Part shown: piece after piece, positions 37,776 to 52,499 of the stretch | How the letters are laid out: every line of letters begins with the position of its first letter | How positions within the stretch are numbered: position 1 is the stretch's first letter | Source of the DNA: Eledone cirrhosa | Taxonomy: Eukaryota | Length of the DNA: 64,000 bases | Direction of reading: 5' to 3' | Assembly: GCA_964016885.1 (NCBI GenBank) | Contig: OZ024740.1 | Span: 338,582,001 to 338,646,000 of the forward strand | Program-made: the position numbers and the translations under genes | The notes under the pieces: model-generated | The model's input: only the letters and a program-made list of their open reading frames with translations | Databases searched by the model: none | What the model was told of the DNA's origin: nothing

Positions 37776-38336
37776 ACACACACACACACACATATTTATA
37801 TATATATATATATATATATATTACTTTTAACGAGTTAGACAAATAAATTTCGTCCAAGATCGCTGTTTGCCACTCCATGATTTTACAAAAGTCGTATGTT
37901 GTAAATACGAGTTTGCATATCAGAGGGAACACAATACATTACATAGTGGAACAAACGAGGTTGTGTCGGAACACAATAATAGATGCACCGGACCCCGAGG
38001 GTTCAACATTGCGCCTTGTGAGTAGGGAATGCATTTGCATGACACCACGCACAGAAACTACGTGTTATTTCCGAAAAGTTTGTAAATACATATATCAACA
38101 TTATCATCATCATCATCGTTTTTAAGTTCGTTTTTCCACGCTTGTCTGAGTTAGACGGGACCTTCTCAGCACAGCATATCTCCACTCTCCGCGTTCCTTC
38201 GCCATCTGCTCTGTGATTTGAGGTCAGCTCTCACAACCTCTGCTCATGTCTCTCTTGATCTACCACTACTGCTAACTATATCATAATATCAAGACTCCTC
38301 AGAATTATATAAGATGTAGTTGTCTTAAATATGACA

Positions 38337-38753
38337 TTATGAACAAAAAATATAGAACATATCGGTGTGGTAAACAAAACCGCATCGGAACGTTATATAT
38401 ACGAATGCTGTTTCTCCATCGTTTCCTATAAATGATGAAAAAAAATCTACTTCAGAAAGATACCCAGCTTGATGTTTCCAAGTCCACTGTTTCCAATTCA
38501 GTTTGTGGAAAATGGTATTCCTAGCTAGGAGATTGTGTTGATGTGGAAACTCTTCAAGAAATATGTTGTTTCTGTTAGAACACTGGTTGTATGAAAATTT
38601 GCCTCTAATTTGCGCGTTGAAGTCTCCTCCAATAATTACTATGGCATGAGGGGGTACTTCAGAGTCAATAGCACTCAGTTGATGGTAAAAATGTTCTGCT
38701 TCGTCTTTCGTTTGGGTGATTGCCCTTGAATACTGCTGTGAAAATCCGGTCAC
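38337..38753 (-). pseudogene. APE endonuclease fragment of an RTE-like LINE
   Basis: VIIGGDFNAQI, NTIFHK..QWTW, SEVDF motifs. Confidence 0.75.
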
Positions 38754-38961
38754 TGACCTGAGTTACTTTTGTAAGAAAAGGAAAGAAATCTGTTTCTACT
38801 GTCAAACTAATTCCTCCAATTGCAGCAACGATGTTATTTATTATGCTGATACAGTAAACAGAGTGCTCTTGCTGATGTTATGGTCGATTAAGTAAATGAA
38901 TATAGATAATAATCATCATCGTTTAATGTCCATTTTCACTGTAAGTCACTGTAAGCATGGA

Positions 38962-39004
<43 letters not shown>

Positions 39005-39075
39005 CACACACATATATATATATATACACACACATATATATATATATACACACACACATATATATATATATATAT

Positions 39076-39119
<44 letters not shown>

Positions 39120-39132
39120 ATGTATGTATATA

Positions 39133-39470
39133 CCAAACAGAAAATTATTTGTCGCTGATATACAGAAAATTTCAATAAATGAAAGCTAAAAATATCACTT
39201 AGAGAATTATGTAAACATATATAGAATAACTTATACAAAGTTAGCTATAGGCAGACTCCTAGTATACTTTCCTAAAACAAGCTTGCTCCACCAACAATCT
39301 CACCATTGCTGCAGTTTCCACTGAGAAGAGAATATTGGCCATAAAATGAAATGAAGAAACATAGACGAGTAGTTATTCTATATATGTTTACACAATTCTC
39401 TAAGTGATATTTTTAGTTATCATTTAATGACATTTTCTGAATATCGGTGACAAATAATTTTCTGTTTGAT
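39133..39470. repeat. Inverted repeat next to (TA)n
   Basis: Arms ~39133-39232 and ~39371-39470. Confidence 0.8.
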
Positions 39471-39954
39471 ATTTGCTACTCCTTTATTGTGGAGTTCATA
39501 GGCCTGATATATATAGCTGCTATAACTAGCGGCTATATCTAGCGGCATTTATACTCGTCACTATCCTGTTCTACAAATACTTACTTGGTTGCTTAATCTA
39601 CGCATACGTAAAAACGTACACCATGCTGGTAAATAAAACAACAATTTTTGTAAAAATATGCATATCAAACAGTGTGGTTAATCCGTATGGTGAACAAATG
39701 GGGTCCCACTTGCTGGAGCAGTTAATATTCTCCGTTGACTAACAGGTAAATACTAATTTATACTTTCAAAGAATGTCATCAGACGAAGCTGAGTTCTTCA
39801 ATGTTCATTCATTTGATTTTATGTAATGGAATTGTCAATATTGTCTTATCAGCGGAAACTACAGCAATGCGAGATTGTTGGTGGATCACATTTGTTTTAG
39901 GTCACCTACTAGGAGTTTGCCTGTAGTTAACTTTCTATAAGTTACTCTATATAT

Positions 39955-40049
<95 letters not shown>

Positions 40050-40144
40050 TATGTGTGTATGTGTGCGCGCGTGCGTATGTGTGTGTGCGTATGTGTGTTT
40101 GTGAGACAGTGAGAGTGTGTAAGTATGTGTATATATATATATAG

Positions 40145-40345
40145 TTAAAATTTAGACGGGAACAAAAACAGAGAGGCAGTACAAATAAGAGTTTATTAGG
40201 TTCACGCTTTTCAGAGTGGGGAACGACGTTTCGGGCATAAGCCCTTCATCAGGAGAAAAGTGGGTAGGAAGAGAGTTCCGAGGGTGTGTGGGGGAGTGGT
40301 GGAAAGACATTTAGAAAAAAAGAGGGAAGAGAAAAGGGAGGAAAT
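40145..40345 (-). mobile_element. Family 4 hammerhead-core element between TA tracts
   Basis: Nearly identical to 23700-23890; core at 40224-40255. Confidence 0.75.
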
Positions 40346-40633
40346 ATATATATATATATATATAAACATGTCACTACCATGGAGTTTCCCGTAAGTATAA
40401 TTTTGTTTCATTTATCAGTCCCTTCTGCATTCTGTAGTGTGGTCTTTCATCTCAATTCTCATCCTTTAATACACCCCAGGACAGTGTTTAACTATCGTGT
40501 TAGAGACATTGTTATCCAAACTGGACCAGCAGTACTGTTGGCAGGAGTTGAAACAGCTTAAGACCATTTCAACAACTGTTGACCATACAATTGTTTATCC
40601 TGTCCATCCATGTTACCATCTCTGTCTTGTCTA

Positions 40634-41926
40634 CGAGAGAGCTTCAAAAAGTTTGTGGAAAAAGGACAGTTAGGAAAACAGTTTAAGTTATGATGTTTAT
40701 TTTTCAACTTATGCTCCATCTAGGTCAATACACTTCTGCAAGCATTGATACCAGCCTTTAAGCCCTTGTGTAAAACTGACGGCAATGCAATTTAAACCAC
40801 GTCAAAGCAGCTTTTTTTACATTTCCAATTGATGGAAAATGGGTCCCTTTCAATGAAATTTTCAGGTTTAGAAAAAAAACTAAGTCGGATGGGGTTAAAT
40901 AGGGACTGTAAGCTGGGCATCAGATGATTGCCTATCGAAATTCGCGTAACGCAGCTCGTGTCTGCCGAGCGCCGTGAGAGGGGGCATTGTAGTGGTGGAA
41001 ATGGACGCGCTGATGTAGCTTCCCCTGGCATTTTCCCGTGATTTTCTTCGCCAATTTTCTCAAAACGCCTTCATAATATGCAGCTTTAATTTTTCTCTTG
41101 TTCTCGAGGAAGTCAACCAAAAAACTCCCCTCTACATCCCAGAATGCAGTGGGCATGACTGTCTTGAACGCTCCAATTTTGCCTTGACTGGCCCACTTCC
41201 ACACCTGGGCAGCCAATGCTTCGATTGAGTTTTCTCCTCAGGATCTTAATGGCCGACCCACCTTTCATCCCGGTAACAAATCTCTTCAGAAAAGCTTCAG
41301 GGTCTTCATCCCAATTGTTCAAAATTTCCATCGAAAAATCTGCCCTTGTTTGCTACTGATCTGGGCGCGACGGCTTTGGGACCCATTGAGCGGGGAAAGC
41401 TTGCTCAGCCCTAAACTTTCCACCAGAATTGCGTGTGCAGAAGTCACAGAGATGTTGAGCGTGTCGGCTACTGATTCAGTAGTTATTCACGTATCCTTTT
41501 CAATTAGGTCGCGAACAGCATCGATGTTTTCCACATAAACTGACGTGGATGACCTGCGACTATGGAGATCATATTCAACCTCATCTCTTTCACTTCTAAA
41601 ACGACTTAACCATTTATAGGTTGTTGATTTCTTTGGGGCATTGTCCCCACAAACTTGCTCTAGAATGTCAATGATTTGGTTGCTCTTCCACCCTAGCTTC
41701 AACATGAATTTCATGTTTGTCCTTGCCTCAATTTTGATGAGAACGATGTTACTCGAGTGGGTGCTGACTTCTGACTGGCGGCGCCGCGTTGCAACATGGA
41801 TTTAAGGGTTCATGATACATGTTATGACACGTTAGTACGAGAATGTACTGGTGCAATTGAGATCAAAATCCCTCCATATGACTTTTAGTTATGTATTTTT
41901 CCACGAACGTTTTGAACAGCCCCTCG
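40634..41926 (-). mobile_element. mariner DNA transposon, full length, dead transposase
   Basis: ~30-bp TIRs (CGAGRG..TTCAAAA.GTT.GTGGAAAAA), TA TSD, HTH region (KSTTYKWLSRFRS), FVTG, AFWD, HYNAPSH motifs. Confidence 0.92.
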
Positions 41927-42016
41927 TATATGCCAGCTCTGTCTGTTATTCATCCTTTCCTGTACTTCTGTCAGCGTTTCACTGCATCCACTGCCAATTT
42001 TGTTATATATATATAA

Positions 42017-42121
<105 letters not shown>

Positions 42122-42245
42122 GGAAAAATTGAACAGGGACAAAACAGAGAGGCAGTACAACAAATGTTTATTAATTTCACGCTCTGATATATATATATAT
42201 ATTTGTTTTGCGAGGTTTTTGTTATGAAATCGTGTGTCGAAACAA

Positions 42246-42467
42246 ATATTGTTATACTTGGGGAGGGTCATATTGTTGTAATAATATTGCCAGAAATAAT
42301 AACAGAACACATTCACTGGTTGGTCGGTTTTCGCTTCTGTATCTTTTATATCTCCACAGTTAATTAAAAGATACAGAAGCGAAAACCAAGCAAACAGTGA
42401 GTGTGTTCTGTTATTATTTCTGACAATATTATTACAACAATATGACCCTCCCCAAGTATAACAATAT
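42246..42467. repeat. Inverted repeat between TA tracts
   Basis: Arms ~42246-42347 and ~42366-42467; terminus ATGACCCTCCCAAGTATAACAATA recurs at 48382-48406. Confidence 0.85.
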
Positions 42468-42532
42468 ATGCATATATATATATATGTATGTGTATGTGTA
42501 TATATGTATGTATATATGTATATATATATATA

Positions 42533-42771
42533 TATAACTGAACAAAAAAGAAAAACGAACACAGACATATACATATGTGTTCAAATCGTAATGTACCAGA
42601 TTCGCTAAGGTGAAAAGAATACTAACTATAGACAATGGGGTCTGCCAGACTCAATTTAAGAATAAATCAAGAAAAATAAATACAAACTAGAATTGGGTAA
42701 CTACCAATCATCCGATTTTGAACACATATATGTATATGTCTGTGTTCATTTTTCTTTTTTGTTCAGTTATA
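42533..42771. repeat. Inverted repeat next to TA tract
   Basis: Arms 42533-42588 and 42713-42771. Confidence 0.85.
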
Positions 42772-42876
42772 TTAAACGGCTCGGAAAAACCTCTTTCCTA
42801 GAGCTAATTTTATTGTAAGGGACTATTTTGAGTTTCTAACTCAATACATGTCTTTGATACATATATATACATACAT

Positions 42877-42965
42877 CTTTGCCTTTCATCCTTACGGGGT
42901 CAATAAAATAAAGTACCAGTAATGTACTGGGTAATTGCTGGCCTTGTGCCTAAAATAGAAACAAT
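42877..42965 (+). mobile_element. SINE 3' fragment
   Basis: CTTTGCCTTTCATCCTTACGGGGTC...GAAACAATTATT. Confidence 0.85.
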
Positions 42966-43291
42966 TATTATACTTTTACTGACATAAAACGATGATCATG
43001 ATATGCTGCACACAAAAATGTACATATGCAGACACACACATATTTCCTTGGTTAGTTTAATTTTCTTCTTCTCCTTGTATCTTTGCTGCTGAGATTTAAA
43101 TATAGAAATTTTAGATCGTGGAGTTCAGTAGCAGCATTTCAAGGTTGAAATAAAGATTAATAAAGAAACATAAGTACATTAGCTAAGCTTATTAAGACCA
43201 ATTTCACAGAATTTAACCACAGGTCAAAATTATGACATCCGCATAATGATGTACACACACATATATATGTATGTATATATATGTGTGTGTG

Positions 43292-43370
<79 letters not shown>

Positions 43371-43631
43371 ATATATGTGTGTGTGTATATATATGTATAT
43401 AAATGTATATATATATAAGTATATATATAAATGTTTGTGTATATATATATATGTTTGTGCATATATATATATATATGTATGTATATATATATGTATGTAT
43501 GTGTATATATATGTATATATATATATGCATATATATGTATAAATTTATATATATATATGTATACACATACACACACATGTACATATACATATATATATAT
43601 ATATATATATATGTATACACATGCACACACA

Positions 43632-43712
<81 letters not shown>

Positions 43713-45252
43713 ATATATATATATATCATCATCGTTTTGACGTCCGCTTTCCCTGCTAGTAAGGGATATATATGTGTGTGTGTGTGTGTGTGTATGCATG
43801 TTTATATCCCTACGTTGTTCATTTCATATTTGTTAATTTATATTTCATACTTTACTTTATGTGTATGTTTGTGTCTGTTTTATAGCTGAATGCAGATAGG
43901 TTTGTCAACGATAACATGCTTCATTTTCAAATTTTCCTTCGTATTGTATTCTACATTTACAGAGCTTCATTGTCTTGGCCACCACTTCTACTAAGGCAGG
44001 CCAACTAGGTTGAAAACTTCAGAAAGCCACATTATTGAACCTTAACAAATGTGTATGATTAACTTACTTATATAATCATTTCCTGCAATCAATCATTCAT
44101 TCGTGACTGTTTACTTTATGACTTCAAATCTGGTTGAAGTGCAGCACCATTAAGTCATTACATTAACGATGCATTTTGGTCGTACACCATGTCTGAATGC
44201 AGTTCCAGGGGCTGGTTCACATGCCTCCATGTGGTGATTACAACCTTGAAAACAAGCTCACACAGGACGTCCATCTAACTTCAATGTAAATATCTTTGCC
44301 ATGTAACAGCATTGTGGAAATGTTCAATGAGGAGATGTTTGTATCATGTTATGGCCTATCACATGATTTAGAATGAGTGAGTCCCAAATATTTAGTAGAA
44401 AATGCAGGCTTTGTATCTTTCTTTGTGTGGCCAGAGTCAAAATCTAGGTTTGTTAACTAGCCAGACTGAGTTGAAATTATTTTATTTGGCATAAATGCTA
44501 TTTTATGTATGTTGTATTTATATATAAGTGTAAGCCAAGGCTGGATCTAGACCTTGGGGAACCTGGGATACTTCAGGTTTGAATGCACAGCACCCCCCCC
44601 CCCCAATTTTACATATCAAAGTTAAACACATTTTGGTACCTCCAATATTTGTGATGGGAAGACAGAATGTATCCACAAACCAGAGTCCTGATACAAATGC
44701 TTGCAACAGAGTGAACTTTACAAAAGTCACCCAAAGACCAGATGGTGGTGTTAAACCAGACAGCAGATTATGTCTATACTCAAATATGATTTGATTTCAG
44801 AAACGTAAGATGCTAAACAACTTATACAAGGCAACTTGTCCTGCATGCCATCAATTCTGATAACCCACTCACCTGAACAGGTGTGTGCTTTATTGCCTCT
44901 TAAAGGATAAAGGGGGAAGTTAATGCTGGTAGGATTTGAACAGAGAAAATAAAGCAAGAAAAAATACCACAAGGCATTTTTTCTTGCATTCTAACTACTC
45001 TGCTGATTCAGCACCTATTCTGATTCTCTTTTTCAAGATCTTATATTTGGATAGTTTCTCCATTTTTTTCAAATATATATTGCTGCCTTTTGGAATTATT
45101 ATGGTTATTAGAAAATATTTTATGGTTTTTAGCAATGGTGACATTTTTAAGGTATTTAAGAATGATGTCTTGAGGATAGACTTTTATATCCTGATCTGTG
45201 AATTGTCATGTCTGCCTGTGGCCCATTCTTGAGTTTGTGTATTAATACCATT

Positions 45253-45452
45253 CTAGGTTGACTGAAAAATGCATAGGCTAACTATGAAGGATTAATGCTA
45301 GAGCTATGAAATCTTGCATGCATTAATTTCAACTCTTTTTATTACTAACTGCATTGTTTCTTTTCAGAGACCATGTTGAAAAATAAACTTCATTCGGTCA
45401 TTCTATGAGAGGATCTTCATCAGCCTATTAACTTTTCAGCCGACCCTTGTAT
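45253..45452. mobile_element. Tc1/mariner-type MITE
   Basis: Imperfect TIRs GGTTGACTGAAAAATGCATAGGCT / AGCCTATTAACTTTTCAGCCGACC, ending at TA. Confidence 0.6.
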
Positions 45453-45471
45453 ACACACACACACAGACAGA

Positions 45472-45608
<137 letters not shown>

Positions 45609-48400
45609 ATATATATATTGTATTGCTTGATAAACAAGCAAGCAGACTTGGTTTTAAAACCAAATGTCTAAAGTTTAATAACTTTTTTACTTCTACAGCA
45701 ACAGTATGTAAGGACACTTTTCCATCTGGTCTAGAAATTCCTTCTCTAAAATTTTCAAAGATGGTTTTACTATCTATGTTATATTTCTTTGCAATAAAAC
45801 TTTATCAGGTTTTTAATATGTTTGCAATACTCAAATTAACGCAACCAGTCTTCTTTTCCACATATTTATTATATCATTAATGTTTTGTATCTAAATCTTT
45901 AAAAGTGATTGTTAGCACTAGTTAACATAATGGTATTAAAGTTATTTTTATAGCTTTGTTTCTTCCTGTCATCTTTAAGGCTTCGTGAGCGTTTTCAACT
46001 AATTCTTTCCCCAAAACGTAATGAGGTTTAGAAATATATTCTAAATAATTCTGTAGGAAATGACCTTGCACTCTCAAATAGCAGCGTGCTGGCTTTTAAA
46101 AATTTCTTTAAAGGTTTCAGATTTTGTAAGAAGTTCAAGATAACTGCTGAAAATGTATTCGATAATTTTCTTTCAACTTTCATTATCTGATAAGCCAGAA
46201 AACATTTAGCATTTTCTTGGTGAAATAAGAAATTCTCAGATAAAGATATTTTAAAACAAATGACTTCTAATCTGTTTATTCAGATTATATCTTTCCTTGG
46301 AGTAGTTGGATTAATAGCCATTACAGTTTTTAGAAATTTATTTTCAAATATTCAAACCATCATCACAGGCATGTTCCTTCATAACCCTTACACAACCAAT
46401 GTCCATAACAGTTGCAGCTGCAATACAGAAGATTATGTAAAGTACATTGCCAAAAGCACCTAGAAAAACTCAACCATTTTCAGCATCTAAGTGGTATTTA
46501 TCCACCACCTAATCTACTGTAAATATTCTTTGTAAGTCTCACATGTAAGCTTCCTTCTGGTCCCATACAAAGAGGGTTTTCAAGGAATCCTTCTATCCAC
46601 GACTACTTAGTCATGATAGCACTATAAACATTACTCTCAAGAAGGAGCCTGCATATGTGCTTCCTAATTTGCATCTTACTCCACAATACAAACACCCAAA
46701 AAACTGTTTCCCCAATCCACTCATGTCACTGTCATGTACACAAATACTTCAACTTTATTCAGATTAACATACTAAACTCTTCAATCTTTTTTTCTATTTA
46801 CAGCAGTGATCGAAACAGTTGTTAACACTCACCTTCACCAAAAGTTTCAGCCTCTCTCTTTCCTCAGTATGAATTCCATAGAGCTAGAGTTATTGGAGAC
46901 TTAGTCTCCTTTATATCATATCAGTAGTTCCATGTCCCTAAGGATTTTGACAACAGGTTTTAAAAAGGAAGGCTACATGAGATATCGTGGTCTAAATTAC
47001 ATTGTATCCGAAAAGAAAAAAAAAATTGATGGTGACAGCTGGAACATCTTTCATCATAGATATCTATATGGGAAGTTACCTGGTGAACAATGGCAACAAA
47101 TACATTCACCCATATGGAAAATGATGCTACTCGTCATTCCCCCTAACATTTTGATAACACACTGCATTTAAATGTTGTTTATATAATCTATACACCACAC
47201 CACAAATCTGCACTACCAGATTCCTTAAAATCATCTCCCACTGGATCATGATAATTTTGTTTCTTTCAGCACAAAGGCAAAATCACTGTACATATTATAC
47301 GCCAATCTCTTTAAACTGGGACAACATGTAATTAAACCCTCAAAGTTCTTTGAATTATTAAAGCTCACAATCATTGAGGATATTTCCTGGCTATCGCATA
47401 TTTATAGCATAGTTAAATCTACAGTTCAATCATAAATATTTCATATGTTAGAAAATGCTTTAGCTCTAATTAACTGCTGACTTTCTAGAAAATTTAAAGT
47501 AATGCCCACATCTATAACCATAATATTGATATGCACGCAAACATCCTCAGCTGCAACTAAAAGTAATAGATAGTGTAAGCAATGTATACTTCTGGAAGTC
47601 AGTGGTACATTAATTTTATTGAAATGCTATTTCTTTTTACTTAATACAGGTTATGTATTGCTAATGTTTGCCATAATCCCCAATTAGCCCTCACCTGTAC
47701 TCACACTAAAATGACATTTAGAATCAACACAAATAAAGAATACAAATAAAAATCTTACCAGTTGGCTAAAAATTAATAAAGGAGTGCATATTTTCAATCT
47801 GAGGTATAAAAACTACCAACGTTATACTCTGAAAAATATGCATTACAGGAAAAAAATAATGAAGCCTCTGTTTTTACGTTCAATCTGCTAACAATAGTAG
47901 CTACATCTTCCTCAAATCCCACCCTACCACCTTTATAATGCAATGCGTGCATTAGATCTTGTCCTGCTAGAATCCTTTAGAAATACCAGATGGTTAGAGC
48001 TGGAATGACTTTAATCATAGAATGGCTTGATCAGTGTTGAACACGAGCTAAACAGCAACAACAACACCATTTTGTTACCTGATAAAAAGGATTATTTAAA
48101 GACATGGGTTAAATAAAGTTTTACAATTTCAGGCAAGAAAATAGAAAAGTTATAAATGTACATGAAAGGAATAAATTTCCACAGTACATGCACAGTTTAC
48201 AGCTACAATCTCACCTAGTGGCTCTCAGCCTTTCTTTTTACCGATGGATCCCTTTGGTTCCTATTTTACACAGATAGGCACCACTAGCTATCAGAGTTTT
48301 AACCAATCGTATTATTTTCCTTTTGTTAAATTTGAACTATATATATACTGGGCTAAAACAAGACTATATATATATTGGCAACATGACCCTCCCAAAGTAT

Positions 48401-48448
<48 letters not shown>

Positions 48449-49329
48449 TGGCTGCCAACTCGTTTTCGAGTACGGCCACTACTTTATATCCATGTAGGAG
48501 AACGCCTACCGATGCGCTGACGAGTGTGACTTTTTCGTCCAGCCAGCGACTTGAAAACTCTGGTACAAACACTACAGTTGTGACAATTATTGACACAGTG
48601 CTGGGCCCATGGTACCATGTGACGACAAGTGCAGAGAGATCTCCAGATATAAAGCAATGCCTGTGCCGTGAAGCTTTTATAGTGAGCAAAGGCACTGCAC
48701 AAAGCCAGTCCCACTCTCTTAACCAAGATGATATTTACCAAAAAGAAGAACAAGTCAACATCATTGGATACCATCAGGGCTGCAGGTGTTATATCAGAGT
48801 TTTCCTTCTCCTAGAATTCTGCCTTGACAAAGGCTAAGGGGTAAGCTCTCCCGGTGATTTTGGATGGCCATTGACTCTTAAGAGCTCCTTTGCCCTTTGA
48901 CAGGTTTTGTTTTTAGTCCTGCAGAATATCCAAAGTCACCCACCTCACCAAGGTTTCTTGGTGGGGTTGCCAGTTTAGTCGCCAACGACCCGACCATGGG
49001 ACAGGTTGTACTGGAATACATGTTACAGTAGTACCAAGTGGTGACCTGACATATATATATATAGATAGATATACATAGTCACATTTTAGTCCAGTATCAA
49101 TCAGAATCATGTCCCCCAGTTTAATTTTCCTGGGGACTTTGGCTAGCATTGTTTTGTATAGGACAAACTGACAACTAATTAGCCATTAACACACCACCAA
49201 TGCCAATATACTCCATCTGGTTTTCTTTTTACGCCTTTTTATGTCTCTTTTTACGTTTCTTCCTAGATTTCTCTTTCTTCCTAATGTCACCTGATTTTGT
49301 TACCTGGAGATTTACCCATCTGCATTGTA

Positions 49330-50110
49330 GAAGCTTCAAAACGAGCATTTCCCATATTCCACAATGTTTCAAGAAAACATAAACACTCTCTTTAAGTTAT
49401 TGCGGGTTCAATCGGGAGTAACCACAGTAAGTAAGGTACTCAATACATAGCAGAGAATAAATGTTTTAATATAGAAAAAGCTTCTACAGGACTAGAACTG
49501 TTTCATTCGTGAGAAATCATCAGGAAGCTGACTGTCCAAGTAAATGTGGTGGTATTTATATATTTTCTGGTGGTAGTAGAGGGTGGGGGTTGGGATGGGT
49601 GGGGGTCATTGGTTGATGGATTTAAAGGAGAGGGAGTTCATTAAAAGCTAATTCTTTAAAGGCAGAAAGAATAGTGTAAACAAATTCAAATTGGAATACC
49701 AATCCTAGTTTATCTCTTAAATTAACAATGCCTGTAAGTCAGGTGTCTACAGGGGGGGGGGGGGGGGTCGTTGGTTTAAAGAAAAGGGAAATTCTTTAGA
49801 AGCTAATTCTTTAGGGCTGAAATAATGGTGACAAAGGCAGAAAGGGTTCTATAAACAGGTTCAAGTGTTGGGGTGGTTCCACTTATTGTGAAGTTTCTCT
49901 TAATTTATATTCCAAGTGTCAACAAGCACATTCACACGCGCACCCACTTACACACGTACACACACATGCACACACACACACAACACACATACATATAAAT
50001 ACATACACACACACCACACACACACACACATATATATACCTATATATATATACATATACACATATATATATATATACATACATACATATACATATATATA
50101 TATATATATA
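49330..50110 (-). mobile_element. Penelope pLTR (family 1) with hammerhead at 49479-49529
   Basis: Reverse complement homolog of 54900-55962; AGCTTC-CTGATGA..GAAACAG..CTGTA-GAAGCT. Confidence 0.85.
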
Positions 50111-50730
50111 TCTGTTAGACACGCAGTGACTAACAACAGAATGTTTTAAGTCTGCGTGTCTGACATATGTGCGTAGCTTGTGAATAAACAATTCAAGGGG
50201 TGTCGCTGGCCGTAGTGATCACTGCCAAAAATGTTTTGTAATGTATCGTCTTATTGACTATTTTCATCGTCTTATTGGCTAATCAACCAACGAGAGTAAT
50301 TGTTGCTCAAAAGCATCGGCCATTTTGTTTGCACGTTTATTTATCGTTTCGCTTTCGAATCTTTCTCCTGTATTTCGTCGTTTTATCATCAAAATATTTT
50401 TCTCGTTTTGGTAAGTTATATTGTTGATTTGTATATGATTTTTTAAATTTATATTAACTATTTTTTTTTTAGTTCATTATAACATACTGATAATATTGGT
50501 TGTATCATATTTACTTGTATATGTGTCCATATTATTGTTCGTTTTATGTTTTAGATTATTTTTTTATTATTATGTTAGACTATGTGTATGTAATATTTAA
50601 TTTTTATTAATTCAACTATAACAATTATTATGTAAAATATATTTATTTAATATTGATTGTTTTTTGTAGTTGTTTATATTAAAAGTCTGAAAATATTTTT
50701 ATACATCTTACAATATTATTTATAAGATCA

Positions 50731-50916
50731 AAGGCGGTGGATTGGCAGTATCGGTAGAGGGTCGGACGCCATGCTTTCCAGCATAGTTACGTCCTTTTAC
50801 GATCTGAGTTCAAATCCCGCCGAGGTTGACTTTGCCTTTCATCGTTACGGGGTCGATAAAATAAAGTACCAGTAATGCACTGGTTGATTGCTGGCCTTGT
50901 ACCTAAAGTAGAAACA
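50731..50916 (+). mobile_element. SINE, full length
   Basis: 16-bp TSD ATTATTTATAAGATCA (50715-50730/50917-50932). Confidence 0.92.
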
Positions 50917-51041
50917 ATTATTTATAAGATCATTTATAAAATAACAATTATATAATCTAATTACATTACAACGATAATTTATTATTAATATATATCATTT
51001 TTAACTAGAGTTATTACAAGCGTTGCCTTAAAAAATATTAA

Positions 51042-51487
51042 ACTAGACCAGAAAAATGCGCAAGCTCAAAAGAGTCACAGAATGTTATAATAAACCTTCA
51101 AAATTGTGGGACTAGAGTTGTTGCTCAAAAATATTGTAATCATTATCTATCGTACACACTGTGGCATCCTTTTATTAGAAAGAGACTCATAACGAACTCA
51201 AGACGACACGGTAATTATTTAAGTGAATTTATAGTATAGAATTCGGTTTAAGTGCATTTCGTATTAATCATTACAAAACATCTAATATGAGATATTGAAC
51301 ATTAGTTTAAATAATAATTGTGTCGTCTTGAATTCGTTATGAGTCTCGTTTTTATAAAAGGATGCCACAGAGTGTACGATAGATAATGATTACAATAATT
51401 TTGAGCAACAATTCTAGTCCCACACTTTTGAAGGTTTATTATAACATTCTGTGGCTCTTTTGAGCTTGCGCATTTTTCAGGTCTAGT
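51042..51487. repeat. Inverted repeat next to (TA)n
   Basis: Arms ~51042-51221 and ~51307-51487. Confidence 0.85.
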
Positions 51488-51490
51488 ACA

Positions 51491-51546
<56 letters not shown>

Positions 51547-51750
51547 AGTGTATGTGTGTATATATATATATATACATACACACATACATACACTTACATA
51601 CACATATGTATACATATATATACACAAATATATATATATACACATATATACACATATATATACATACACACACACATATATATATGTATTTATACACACA
51701 CATATATATACATATATACACATATACACACATACACACACACACACACA

Positions 51751-51800
<50 letters not shown>

Positions 51801-51989
51801 TACACGTACATACATACATATACATACGTACAGATAGACATATACACAAATATAAACACACACACACATATAGTATATATACGTACATATATATATACAC
51901 ACACACACATATGTACACATATACATACATATATACACACACATATATATATATATAATATACATAAACATATACACAAATATAAACAT

Positions 51990-52048
<59 letters not shown>

Positions 52049-52499
52049 TACGTACATATATATATATACACATAAATACATACGTACACATATACATATA
52101 TACACGCATACACATATATATATATACATACATACATATACACACATATATAAATACATATATACATATATATATATACATATATACATATATACATATA
52201 TATATATACATATACATATATATATATATATACACACACATACATACATATACACATACATATATACACACAAACATACACATAAATACATACACCCACT
52301 CATAGAAATACGTACATACATACACTCATAAATATGCACATATACACACACATACATGTATAAAAAGGAAGTACGCTCTACATGTGGAAAAAGCAGATTT
52401 GTAAGAGGTACTTACATAACCATAGTGCCGTTTTTCGGGTCGAGAGGGGCTAGGGGTAGTGTGGGAAGGGGTGGAGGGGCAATTTTGTCGAGTGGGGTT

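Noticed and set aside
39760-39790. CTGATGA..GAAA on the minus strand (also near 26630 and 63690)
   Set aside because: No credible stem II or stem I; expected by chance.
43213-43889. Many YI/CV/HT-repeat ORFs here and across the window
   Set aside because: Translations of dinucleotide microsatellites.
48445-48837. 130-aa ORF as a host gene
   Set aside because: Flanked by TA with only weak resemblance to a decayed GIY-YIG C-terminus (REAFI..SLNQD); no support as a gene.
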